Made by a program: the position numbers and the translations under genes. DNA of 64,000 nt from Eledone cirrhosa (taxonomy: Eukaryota): positions 62,001-126,000 of the forward strand of contig CAXHJY010000689.1 in assembly GCA_964016885.1 (NCBI GenBank), in the 5' to 3' direction. The notes beneath the pieces are model-generated. The model had not been told where the DNA came from. It ran no database searches and was given only the letters and a program-made list of their open reading frames with translations. Shown piece after piece: positions 26,746 to 39,247 of this stretch. Each line of letters opens with the position of its first letter. The first letter of the stretch is position 1.

Positions 26746-29700
26746 GGCCTGCTATCTTCGGCAAGTGTTATTTACCTTAACTTCGCGTCGAAGCCTTGTC
26801 TTTTTGTGAGTGAAATTGAGTAGACGGAAACTGTTTGGAAGTCTGTTGAGTGGGCTGTACCTGGAATTCACAGGCCCAGCCTTGTTACACACTGTGTCAT
26901 GCTGAATCTCCAAGAGAATTACTTTAGCGGTACAGAGTTCGTGGGATGCTCAGGCAGTTATTTGTTAATTTTACAAGTAGGCTATTCCATTCATTGTCCG
27001 ACTATAACATTCGTATTCGAAACCGACAGAGCTCCACCGATGTTCTTCTTTTGGGCTTTTGTTCTGATTTTGTAGTGGTTATTATAATTATTATTGTAGC
27101 TATTGTAATTGTTAGTCATTTGGATTGACGTTGTAATTGTTGTTGTGGTGATGGACATGTTGTTGTTGTTGGTGTTCGTTGTTCGGTTATTGGCTACTAT
27201 AACGGCTCCACGCATGCGTATTTCAGACACGTACACCAGGTACGGAAGAACACATCGATCGTTCATTTTTGTTTTGGACCATTTCCGTTTGACATTTGAA
27301 AAGAGGGTATAGCCATGGAATATTATATTGAAATATACTGGGTAAAACATTATTTGTTTTGTTTTATTTGTCACCCTTCCCCCTTTATATATTCCTACCG
27401 CGTTGTGCCGGCTTTCTGAAATTTATCAATCGTTTATTGTAGTTATTGTTGTGGTTATTGTAACCGTGTGTCTTTCGGATTGACGTTGTAATGGTTGTTT
27501 TCGTTGTTGTGGTGGTGTTGGTATTGTTGTTTTCGTTGTCTGGTAATTATTATATTATTGTTACAGGTATGTAAGGTGTCCTTTTTTTTCTTTTTTTTTT
27601 TTGCTATTTGCTTTTTTTTTACTATTTGTATTTTTACGGAGTTTTTTTATTGCAGCTGTAATTGTTTTTGTGGTTGTTTACAGTCTGCACAATTGTGCGT
27701 GTCATTATAGTAGGTGTTGTGACTATTGTTGTTAACGTTTGTGGATGTCATTTCGAATATTGTTGTTGAAGTAGATATGGTACGAGGTTGTATATACACC
27801 CATTCGCTTCTCAACTCCCACCCGTCACCCATATTAGGTCCAACACAGGCCCATACTAATTATATTTCCCCCACTCCTACCTCCCCAAATAATCCTCCCT
27901 CTGGATGTACACATCACGCAAAGAAAGACCCTGAGACCATCATCCTATAAGAAAATATCAAGTTAGACTCGTTGAAAAATAGATATACAAAGCTTTTCAC
28001 ATATGGTGCTGCCCTCCAGCTCATAATATAAAATCCACACTGCTAACATGCAAACCTCTCATTCTGTATCTCTAACCCAACACAACTGTCTAAGATACGT
28101 TTTACCGTGTCCAACTGCTTGCTTATAGGAAGTATCTGCGACTATGTAGAATCCACTCTTTTATGAAGACACGAGGCGTAGTAGTTAGGGTGTTCGACTC
28201 ATGACCGTGAGTTTGAGTCCCGGAAGAGGCAGCCTGTTGCATGCTGAAGCGTGGTACTTTATTTTACGCTCCGGAAAAATGAATTGTACCTGTAATTCAA
28301 AAAGCTAGCCTTATTACATTGTCAAGCTGAATGTCCCTGAGAATTACGTTAAGAGTACGCTTGTCTTCAAAATGCTCAACCACTTGCACGTTAATTTCAC
28401 TAGCTGGCTATTTCGTTGATCAAAATCCCGGAACATTCATCGTCAGAAACAACAAGGATCCAACACACACACACACATACTCAGAAACTCCATTTTCCTT
28501 ACCACTCATCTGTTTTATCCACATGTTTGTAACAAAACTTTTCTGTTCCTCTTGTTCAAAAACTCTTGCCCGTCCCCATCTCTTTATTTTTACCTTTTAA
28601 TCGGTCTGCTAATTCGGCCAGCTACCAATGAGTTGTTCGTCTACCTCATGACATGTATAGTTGACAATTATCTCAACTCCCCTCTGTCATGAGTCATCGC
28701 CCACTAAGTATTTAGATTTACCTTGCTTTGGTCATTGCCAACATCCAAAATGGTTCATCTAGTTCATTGTCAAATATACTTTTACTAATAGACCGCTACA
28801 ACTGTACTGTAACATTTAAGTGCTGTCTCATCTCGCTCTTTCTTCTGATACTATAATAATACTAAAATGTTCATCTGAAAAAGCAAGCTACGTAGCTCCT
28901 CCATCAGGTAAACCCACACAATACTTCTTTCAGTTAATCCCTACTGCCATGCCTCCCAATCTGAACTCAACACTTTTCCTAATATTTCTTTATCCGGAAC
29001 TGTAAACCTTTCCAAAACACTCTTATCTTGTTTTCTTTTCACCTACTTATCGTCCCCTTCAGATATCTCTAGACATTACCTTCTCTCTTCGATTTAACAC
29101 ATAAAATACTAGGGTCATTCAACATAGCTTTTATTTCCAATTATCACATTTGTTAGTTATTAATCACGCTCATATATTGTACAGTTTCTAGGAAATATAA
29201 AGGTCAAGGAATATAAAAAAATCTTTGTGAGGTGTCTCAATAATCAGAGCATACATCCTGGCAAGGTAACGCTCTTTCAAAGGAAGGAATTCATTCATCA
29301 TGGAACTTTAATTTGACTGACTTAAAATCACTTATAACAGTGAGTAATGTGACGAGAGTAACCATCTGACAACAGTCATGAAACACTAATATTAGGCTTT
29401 CTATACACATCATGGTATAAGAGTTATTATATAAATGCTGTTTTCCTCATGTATATGGGCGTTTAAATGGTTAAAAAGATAGTGTAAGCATGTTTACTCT
29501 AAGATATTATAAACTCCGTTGAAGGCTTTTGTGTTATTGTTTTTTGTGTGTAACTAACAGTTGCACTACTCATCTCAATAAGGATACATTGTCTTCTGAG
29601 AATGATACAAAACTTCGATAGGCTAGTTTCCTTCCCAATACTTTATGTGGTACCCTGTCTCTTGAAGCTTTGCGAATGAGAAATAATTACCTTATTGATG

Positions 29701-30110
29701 TAAGTATGCAGGGACTGAAGGTTTTAATTAGCATTTCCAATGTAGGAATGAACACAACCCTAGAGGTATTAAAATGTTGATAAAATCGCTCATTTTTAAA
29801 AAGAATTTTCATGATTAATGACAAATGGAGAACTACATACTCGTATATCAATAAAGACCATGGTTTGTAAGCAATGTCGTCATTTCTGTATATCATCAGA
29901 TCTTCGGAATAAAACTGTCAACCAAGCAGAATTTTAAAAAATACACGCACACAGTACACCAACACACACATACACACACGCACACACACACACATACACA
30001 CACACACATACACACACACACATACACACACACACACACACAACTCACTTGCATATGTAGATATGATCTATTTATTGAAAATTTAGAAGCTTCAATATAT
30101 ATACATATGT

Positions 30111-30342
30111 ATTATTAGTACAGATTAAGGTTTAAGTAAAGAATTTCTGTTTTCACCCTAAAAAGGATCTTTCACCCTAAAAGGATCTTCTGAAAGTAGA
30201 AATATTTCCTTAAACTTTAATCTGCACTAATAATAAATATTTGCTCTACGGGTTTTTATATATATTTATACATATATATACAATCCTTATGGAGCCCTCT
30301 TCGGATTTTGGTTTTGTATATATTATTACTATTAATATTACT
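30111..30342 (+). mobile_element. Hairpin+tail cassette, family G (copy 1)
   Basis: Imperfect inverted repeat 30111-30235 with an internal about 19 bp tandem duplication. The tail is homologous to 35701-35780 and 42237-42334. Confidence 0.75.
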
Positions 30343-30580
30343 ATATATGTGTGTGTATATATGTGTGTGTGTGTATATATATATATACATGTGTGTGTGT
30401 GTTTGTATATGTATGTATATGTATATGTAATATCATGTTTTCTGGCATCGACAAAATATTTATTTAAACACATTCAAATTTAAGTTTTGAAAATGTCTAG
30501 ATTAATTCAGCATAGTTACAAAGTGACATATTGTTTATCGAAACCGCTAGCCGCATGATAATTAAACATATATATATATA

Positions 30581-30663
<83 letters not shown>

Positions 30664-30694
30664 TTATATATATATGTATGTATATATATATATC

Positions 30695-30728
<34 letters not shown>

Positions 30729-30769
30729 CATAAGTATATATGTATGTATGTATGTATGTATATATATGT

Positions 30770-31130
30770 ATCTCCGGGAGAGATAACCCGTTAGCCTTTG
30801 TCAAGGCAGAATTCTAGGAGAAGGAAAACTCTGATATAACACCTGCAACCCTGATGGTATCCAATGATGTTGACTTGTTCTTCTTTTTGGTAAATATCAT
30901 CTTGGTTAAGAGAGTGGGACTGGCTTTGTGCAGTGCCTTTGCTCACTATAAAAGCTTCACGGCACAGGCATTGCTTTATATCTAGAGATCTCTCTGCACT
31001 TGTCGTCACATGGTACCATGGGCCCAGCACTATGTGTCAATAATTGTCACAAGTGTAGTCGTTGTACCAGAGTTTTCAAGTCGCTGGCTGGACTAAAAAG
31101 TTACACTCGTTCAGCGCATCGGTAGGGGTT
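30770..31130 (+). mobile_element. Internally deleted RTE-clade LINE derivative
   Basis: 5' ctaggagaaggaaaactctga resembles RTE 5' UTRs. The 3' part encodes HKCSRCTRVFKSLAGLKSYTRSAHR*, a decayed terminal C2H2-like motif of RTE ORFs. Confidence 0.55.
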
Positions 31131-31214
31131 CTCCTACATGGATATAAAGTAGTGGCCGTACTCGAAAACGAGTTGGCAGCCACCATATATATATATAGTT
31201 TATATATATATATA

Positions 31215-31393
31215 TAATTGTTTCTACTTTAGGCACAAGGCCAGCAATCAACCAGTGCATTACTGGTACTTTTATTTTATCGACCCCGTAAGGATGAAAG
31301 GCAAAGTCAACCTCGGCGGGATTTGAACTCAGATCGTAAAGGGACGTAACTATGCTGGAAAGCATGGCGTCCGACCCTCTACCGATACTGCCA
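31215..31393 (-). mobile_element. Family-2 SINE, short subfamily
   Basis: Nearly identical to 23058-23238. Confidence 0.9.
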
Positions 31394-31634
31394 TACTGCA
31401 TTATATATATATAATGTATATGTATATATGTATATTTATGTATATATTTATGTATTGAGTACCTTACTTACTGTGGTTACTCTCGATTGAACCCGGGATA
31501 AACTTATGTATATATATGTATATGGACGTTGTAGCTCTAGTTCACTAGCTTCTATGGAGCGCTTGCCACACATCTCGGAAGTTGTTTTTCGCTAATTTCA
31601 AATAGCCGAAATCCTATTCTCGGTAATTTATATT

Positions 31635-31786
31635 TGTATATGTATGTATATATATATATGTATATGTATGTATATGTATCTATATATATGTATATGTATG
31701 TATATATATATATATATGTATATGTATGTATATGTATCTATATATATGTATGTATATATATATATGTATATGTATGTATATATATA

Positions 31787-31823
<37 letters not shown>

Positions 31824-32016
31824 ATATATATATATATGTTTATATATATAATATATATTTATATATAATATATATATATATTATATATATATTTATATAT
31901 ATATTATATATATATTTATATATATATTATATATATATATATATATAATATATATATATTATATATATATATATATATAATATATATATATTATATATAT
32001 ATATATATATAATATA

Positions 32017-32054
<38 letters not shown>

Positions 32055-32111
32055 TATATTATATATATATTTATATATATATAATATATATATATTATAT
32101 ATATATTTATA

Positions 32112-32158
<47 letters not shown>

Positions 32159-32162
32159 ATAT

Positions 32163-32194
<32 letters not shown>

Positions 32195-32393
32195 ATATAT
32201 ATATATTATATATATATTTATATATATATATATATATAATATATATATATTATATATATATTTATATATATATATTATATATATATTTATATATATATAT
32301 ATATATAATATATATATATTATATATATATTTATATATATATATATATATAATATATATATATTTATTTATATATATATATATATATAATATA

Positions 32394-32464
<71 letters not shown>

Positions 32465-32492
32465 ATATTATATATATATATATTATATATAT
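31635..32492. repeat. Long (TA)n-derived tract; about 650 bp essentially A/T only
   Basis: Directly visible. Confidence 0.95.
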
Positions 32493-32670
32493 GTGTGTGT
32501 GTAAGTGCTTGTGAAAGAATTAAAGTGTTCAGTTATACAAAAAAAAAAGACTTAAAGTAGGTTGGCATATCTTTATACACATTTTAATAAAATCTGTCAA
32601 TCGATACACACTTTATAAAGTATCTGAAAATATGTTGGACAAATACACACACACACACACACACACACAT

Positions 32671-32736
<66 letters not shown>

Positions 32737-32909
32737 ATATATATGTGTGTGTGTGTGTGTTTATGTTTAAGTTTATATATAATTTGGTATATCGTTTCAT
32801 AACCTTTTAGTGATTTGTAATCGCTTACAACATCGTAGTTTTTTGTTTTCTTTTTTACATTTTAGCTCATAATCTTTTTTGAGCAATTTGTACATATATA
32901 TATATATAT

Positions 32910-33106
32910 ATAGGAAAATGTTCGTACCCCGACGGCAGGGCTCAAGCCGTTTCGACGGCTATTTCTGGACGCTATTTCTGAAATAGCCGTCGAAAGCTCT
33001 GCCGTCGGGATCTCGAACATTTTCCTATTACCCACTCTACTACCCCAAGTATTGAGTACTCTGGTGCGTTATGGCCCACCTGGTTCCTTACGACACTTCC
33101 TTTGTT

Positions 33107-33110
<4 letters not shown>
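32910..33110 (+). mobile_element. Hairpin+tail cassette, family C (copy 2)
   Basis: Inverted repeat 32910-33028 with a short deletion in the right arm. The tail is homologous to 13599-13676. Confidence 0.85.
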
Positions 33111-33162
<52 letters not shown>

Positions 33163-33166
<4 letters not shown>

Positions 33167-33350
33167 GTAGTAATTAATGAAAACATCTAAGGTTCCGAGC
33201 AACTCAAGTCCATAGGGCAAGCTTGAATATAAATATTTAGGTCAGTACTACAACGATGCCATAAAAAGTACGTAGTTTCGTCATACGATCAACGAAACGT
33301 ACGTACCTGTTACGGCGTCCTTGTCGAACTGACCTCTAAATATTCATGTA
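33163..33350 (-). mobile_element. Hairpin+tail cassette, family H (copy 1)
   Basis: Imperfect hairpin about 33226-33345 containing cGAAAcgtacgTAcctg. Homologous to 62132-62392. Confidence 0.7.
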
Positions 33351-33475
33351 TATATTTATATATATATATATGGGTGTGTGTGTGTGTGTGTATAGTGTAG
33401 TATAAGTTTGGTAGAAATATTCAAGGGTAAGAGCATTCAGTCCATACGACGAATAGAGGAGTATGATTAGTTATA

Positions 33476-33525
33476 ACAGGCTGAATGAGTTGGGGTGTTT
33501 AACCCAACGAAACTTAAATACCTGT
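33476..33525 (+). ncRNA. Type I hammerhead-like motif with CUGAAUGA core
   Basis: acagg-CTGAATGA-gttggg(gtgtttaa)cccaac-GAAA-cttaaa-TA-cctgt. Stems I (5 bp) and II (6 bp) are perfect. Confidence 0.65.
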
Positions 33526-33559
33526 ATGTGTCACTGTTGTAACTAATTATATATATATA

Positions 33560-33733
33560 CAATGATATTAAATAAATGGAAACTATATATAATAAAATAA
33601 ATATGGTTTTATAAATATAGTTTCCATTTATTTAATATCATTGAATATTTACTCCAGTAACTGGTTGAATGCTCTAAATCAGTTATAAACATTTATATTT
33701 GTCGGACTTTCAACAAATTAAATACCCCTTCTA

Positions 33734-33737
<4 letters not shown>
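33560..33737 (+). mobile_element. Hairpin+tail cassette (family F), related to 22945-22990
   Basis: 29 bp perfect arms caatgatattaaataaatggaaactatat / atatagtttccatttatttaatatcattg, then a tail into (TA)n. Confidence 0.8.
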
Positions 33738-33790
<53 letters not shown>

Positions 33791-34323
33791 TCCGGTTATC
33801 TTGAGGAACATATTGGTGAGTAGTCGGTATATTGTTCACTGATTTCACCCATTCTATTGAAATATTGCTCTGCTGTGTTAGTTAATAATTGTATAGATGA
33901 GTACTCCAGGCTTCTTAACGTCGAATATTTCACTGGTGCCTTAAAGCGGTCACTCGACATGGTTTCTAGTAGTTCTTGCTAAATTCCATAAAATTATAGC
34001 CTATAGCCTTAACCATTGTGATACCAACACTCACCATACCGCCTGTGGTTCTATGAATCAAAGGGTTTCTGTTTCAAGTTAAACCTAATTTAATTTCATA
34101 TTGGAAGCACTTGTTGAGCTGTTACAAATACTATCTTTATAATGAAAGGATTAATAATTTTAAACGCTCTGGGCTCCATTGGCAATGTGGTCCCAGAGAT
34201 ACTATTGTTTGTTTACATGTAGAACACATTTGATGCATATCAGCTCATTTAGGACTGACTTGGGGACAAAGAATTGCAACATACAAGCTGTTTTCTCATA
34301 TTGAAACAAAAGAGTGTACCAAC

Positions 34324-34441
34324 CTCATCATTGTAAAATAGAGATATTGTTGGTCTACATTACTTTGTTTCCTGGAATTTGCGTCTCTGTGTGTGTTGTC
34401 TAGCTGAGGAGATGGATTGCGAGTAGCGGCCCTCTTCAGAT
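34324..34441 (-). CDS. Candidate internal exon (unverified)
   Basis: ctgatctttcag acceptor and gag|gttggt donor; one open frame LKRAATRNPSPQLDNTHRDANSRKQSNVDQQYLYFTMM. No recognised homology. Confidence 0.2.
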
Positions 34442-34740
34442 CTGAAAGATCAGTAGCTCTGATTATGTACTGGCATGGTTTGTGACGATATGTCCAAACC
34501 TGGCATGATAAACGATGACGACGATGATCATGGCTGATATGATACAGGTCAGTTTTTGTAGCTTACACACTAATGGGACGTAGATCCATTTTTGTAGATC
34601 AAACACTATGACGTAGCTCAGTTTTATTATATTTTATAATATTTCATGTTAATGTCAGTTTTGTAGATTATACACTAATATGATTTAAATTCTCTAAAGT
34701 CTGTCTCAAGCCTAGAGGCTGATCAAGCCAGTGCTTATCC

Positions 34741-34875
34741 CGGCTGAGTATACTGGAGCAACGTGAAATGAAGTGTTTTGCTCAAGAACATAACACATAA
34801 CCCAGTCCAGAAATCGAACCCATGACATTATGATCATAAATCCAACACCTTTGCCACTAGGCCACGTGCCTCCAC
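34741..34875 (-). mobile_element. Family-1 SINE
   Basis: Close match to 1-152. Confidence 0.8.
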
Positions 34876-35225
34876 TATATTATTATTAAATTGCTCACAC
34901 GAACAAGTCAGTTTATTAAATTCCACGTTAATATAACATAGAGAAGTTATGCAATTTCCTGCTCTATTCCATTTCATATTGTAATTAAACTTCGTTTGAC
35001 TCCTCATTTACACGTAGATGTTCCATCGAATTACGTTGAGAAACATTGCATTATAATGAGATATATCGGAGTATTGAGAGCTGATATATTGTATTTAAAT
35101 AGTTGCCTCAAGATGATCGGAGATTTAATTGACATAGATTTTAACTTAAGATCATGTTTCTATTAGATATTACCGCATGCCGGAAATATACCGAATACCA
35201 GCTTTTATGATTGAAACTATTTCTG

Positions 35226-35276
<51 letters not shown>

Positions 35277-35284
35277 TGTGTGTT

Positions 35285-35522
35285 TTAGCTTTTTGGAAGA
35301 AACCAACAAAATGCAGTAAGTAACTATAAATAATAGTTGAATAGTACACGTAGAGACGGGAAATGCGGAAAGAAACGCCTTTTCCGGCACCAGAGTTGCT
35401 TTACATGACTTATTTAACTATAATTTATAGTTATCTGCATTTTAGCGGCTTCCTCCAAAAAAACTAATGTATTTTTGAATCTTAAATTCCACCGTGCTTT
35501 GGACGTTAAATAAAATTTCATA
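35285..35522 (+). mobile_element. Diverged hairpin+tail cassette
   Basis: Imperfect inverted repeat of about 70 bp (35285-35352 / 35398-35467) plus a tail ending in TA repeats. Confidence 0.6.
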
Positions 35523-35649
35523 TACATATATATGCATACATGAGGATTGATCCAAAAGTTTTAATCCTGACTAAGAAATAAACATAAAAGTATGCTTTTT
35601 TCCGCATTAATCTCATGAAGTTTGATGGAATTAAAACTGTTGGAACACT

Positions 35650-35700
<51 letters not shown>

Positions 35701-35703
<3 letters not shown>

Positions 35704-35915
35704 ATAATAATAAATGTGAAGACTAAAATCCGAAGAGGACTGGATAAGGATAATATATATAAATGCGTAGAGCAAATATTTATTAAAATGACATTAAAGT
35801 TTAATCAAAGAATCGCTGTTTTCACCCTTAATGAGATCTTCTGAGTTTTCAGAAGATCCCATTAAGGGTGAAAGTTGCGATTCTTTGCTTAAACTTTAAT
35901 CTTTTATATTAATGA

Positions 35916-35918
<3 letters not shown>
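35701..35918 (-). mobile_element. Hairpin+tail cassette, family G (copy 2)
   Basis: Palindrome centred on gatcttctga-gttt-tcagaagatc (about 35846), flanked by (TA)n. Confidence 0.8.
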
Positions 35919-35951
<33 letters not shown>

Positions 35952-36680
35952 GAGTGCGTATTTGTGTGAATAAAAATTTCGCAACCATAGCTTTGTCACG
36001 CAGGAACTTATTTTCTTTGATTCCTTTAATGTAATAGATATTGATCCAGTAATTATTTTCAAGGTAGACACGCATTCTTCGGTTTCTTTGGATCCTAACT
36101 GAACGCGGGACCCATTACATATACCGTGCTTTCCTGTTGATGCTAGAATACATATTTCCGCTTCGATTGTAATGGACCTTCATTCGCATTAACTAACTCC
36201 GTAATATGCACTGGCTCTTTCGGAAGCATATCTCTCACGATCCCTTTAGATAAAGCTGTCGCTATTTCGTGTCAGAAACTACAGATATTTGTATGATCTG
36301 CTAATTGTAATCACGAAATATAACATAACGTATTAAAAAAAAAAAAAAAAAAATTAACTCTGAGAATCCCGTTCAATCCAATAATTCTTTCTCTATTATT
36401 CCCCCTAGACCAACGAGTCATCCGTTCGATCCAATAATGAGAGATCAACTTCCTAAGGAGTTTCAACGAAACTCTATTCAGTACCCTGAATACAGGAATA
36501 CACTTTATCATCAACTACGTTTTACACTTGATCCTATAGCCTTGCGTTTAATTCTAGTCATTGTAAATACCGAGAAAACGTTTAGATCTAACTCAATAAG
36601 CGTTATTCAGTTGATAAATGCTATTAGAACAAAATAATTCCTGTTTCTTGTAACCAAGCTAGCCTTGTAAATTTTCTATC

Positions 36681-36720
<40 letters not shown>

Positions 36721-37076
36721 AATTTTATTTTTTTATTTCTCGCTCTAGCACAGCTGATAAGTATTCATACTTACATTTATATATATATATATATATATGT
36801 GTGTGTATGTATATATATATGTGTGTATGTATATATATATGTGTGTATGTATATATATATATATGTGTATGTATATATATGTATATATATAATGTTCTGA
36901 CAGCGTGATTGATAAATGATTGGGGTTGTTTATTGAATCATATACGAAATGTTCATGTAAATAAACATTTTTATAGCCTCACTATATTAATGAGCGCGTA
37001 TAAAAATGTTTATTTACATGAACACTTCGTGTATGATTCAATATACAACCCTAGTCACACACACCTACACACACAC

Positions 37077-37161
<85 letters not shown>

Positions 37162-37242
37162 AAGTTATAAATTATAATTCTTATATACGAACCATTTTCA
37201 AGTGTAGCCAATTCTATATGAAATGTATTTTTTCGCTAACAG

Positions 37243-37364
37243 GCAAGTCTTCATCAGGGTATCAGCTGACGTCTACCTACAACCGACCCCGGATAACCGC
37301 TGTAGACAACAGAGGAAGCGGGCAAGCAGACTTTGGTGGGTTATTCAACAAAACACCTAGCTAG
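37243..37364 (+). CDS. Candidate terminal coding exon of an unidentified host gene
   Basis: Acceptor ttttttcgctaacag; non-repetitive, GC-elevated frame (G)KSSSGYQLTSTYNRPRITAVDNRGSGQADFGGLFNKTPS*. Unique UTR-like sequence follows, with AATAAA at about 37844. Confidence 0.4.
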
Positions 37365-39247
37365 CATTTGTGCATGGGTTGGCTTCTCTTACTACTGTTG
37401 TCGCTGTTGCTGTTGTTGCAGCCCCCTTTGCTGCACGCAGCTTCAGTGATTACAGAACAACCTCTCCTCCTTTTCTTCCAAATTTCTCTTTTTCCTGTCA
37501 TATATATACATATATATATTTCTCATAAACTTCTCGTAACATACACATATAACTCCTCACACATTCCCCGTAAGAATAACAATGTACATAGTAGTTATTT
37601 TATGAATTAACTTCAATAAGATAGGATTTCTGAAACCATTAATATAGTTTTATAAAAGGTCGATAGACTAACAGAATCAGTAGAGCGTCGGACAAAATGT
37701 CTTGAAGTATCATGGTACTCTGTTTGTCTGAGACTTTATAAACTCGCCCATCTCTGCTCTTAAAAACACTACACATACATGCACTAAAATTAAGATTTAA
37801 CGCGTTGTTGTTGTTTTTAAAACCATGTTTTAAACAACGCTCAAATAAAGCCTATATCGAACCACATGGCATTCCGTTTCACAACGCAAATACAAAATAC
37901 AATGTATTCATATATTATACATCTATATAATGTTGCACATTGATGCACAACCGTTTTCAAAAGATGGTCTATAATATTTATGAGGAAAACTTTAATATGA
38001 ATATACTTTAAATTGTATTGTGCAACAGAGTAGGACATGGAACGTACAGTGGACCACCGAATCTCTGGTATGGACAAACGTTATCCATCTGGTCTACGCT
38101 CTGCATCACTGGTGTATAATATTTTGTCTAGAGAAATACTATAAAATACTAAAGAAGTACTATAAGAAAACGCACATTCACAGCTTAACTCGCAACTAGG
38201 TATTTGGAGTAAATATATAAAGTGTTAGAGGAAACCGTGCTTGTTTATGCAGAAGCAATTTCCATGTGCATGTATGTAATCTTAAGACTGCATTATCGTT
38301 TAAACACACACACATATATATATATATCAATCGATTACATTTTCATAAAGAACTCTATACTGTTATTTTATTGAATATTTGTAAATTATTTGAAATTGTG
38401 TTTAATTTTATTAGTATAACTGCATATCACAGAAATTAAACAGAATTCTCTCTCTGAAAAGATCAAATATGTTGTGGCCATGCGTAAACTCTGTATTTAT
38501 ATTTCTCTTACTTTCCTAACTTATTCACTCTCGGGTCTTTCTGGTCTTCAACTAAACAAGCTACTGCACTGGCTCTATTATGCATCACTAAATCGGTTGC
38601 ACCCTACTGTAATATATAACCTTCGCACACTATTAAATAGGGTTTTTAATATATGAATAAGTCAGTTATTATGATAATCATTAATGTTATTATTATCATT
38701 ATTATTATTATTGGCGACTAAAGCGTGAAGACGTGCGATTTTGAGCTCCGGTAGGTTTGTTGAATTAAGTTGTTTAAATTTGTATTTTGTTGTAATATTG
38801 TGTTGCAAATGAGACCATAGACACCCGTCTTTGTTCTGTGAAAAGGTACATTCATAATATTTGGGCCTTGAGCCCAAAGATTTGAACTTTAATTTGCTTT
38901 TACAAATACTTTTTCTGTTTAAAATATTGCCGGAATACACCCCTTTACGTTCAGCCAGCTGTCACGTGACAGCGGCTCAAACATTGAGCGGAGTGACACC
39001 CCCCCCCCCCCACCACCACCACCACCATTATGAAAGTACCACTACTTTAGGCATTATCACCACCAATAACAAACGAGATCAACAACGGCAACAATGACAA
39101 CTGCAACAACAACACCAAGAACAGCAAACAAAAGAAGTAGAACAATAATGAAAACAACACCAACAACTGTAACAATGACAACAACATCATCACCACCACC
39201 ACCAACAGCAAATATCAGCAACAACACATTTGCAACCGCGGTAGGCA

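Noticed and set aside
27780-29100. Possible decayed CR1/L2 reverse transcriptase sequence
   Set aside because: The C-rich composition is suggestive, but no diagnostic motif could be read with confidence.
29561-29699. Exon-like segment with a good acceptor (ctaacag) and donor (gtaagt)
   Set aside because: There are stop codons in all three frames. It could be a UTR or non-coding exon but cannot be supported as CDS.
35553-35645. Short inverted repeat with CTGACTA...GAAG resembling a decayed hammerhead
   Set aside because: There are too many core mismatches and no convincing stem II.
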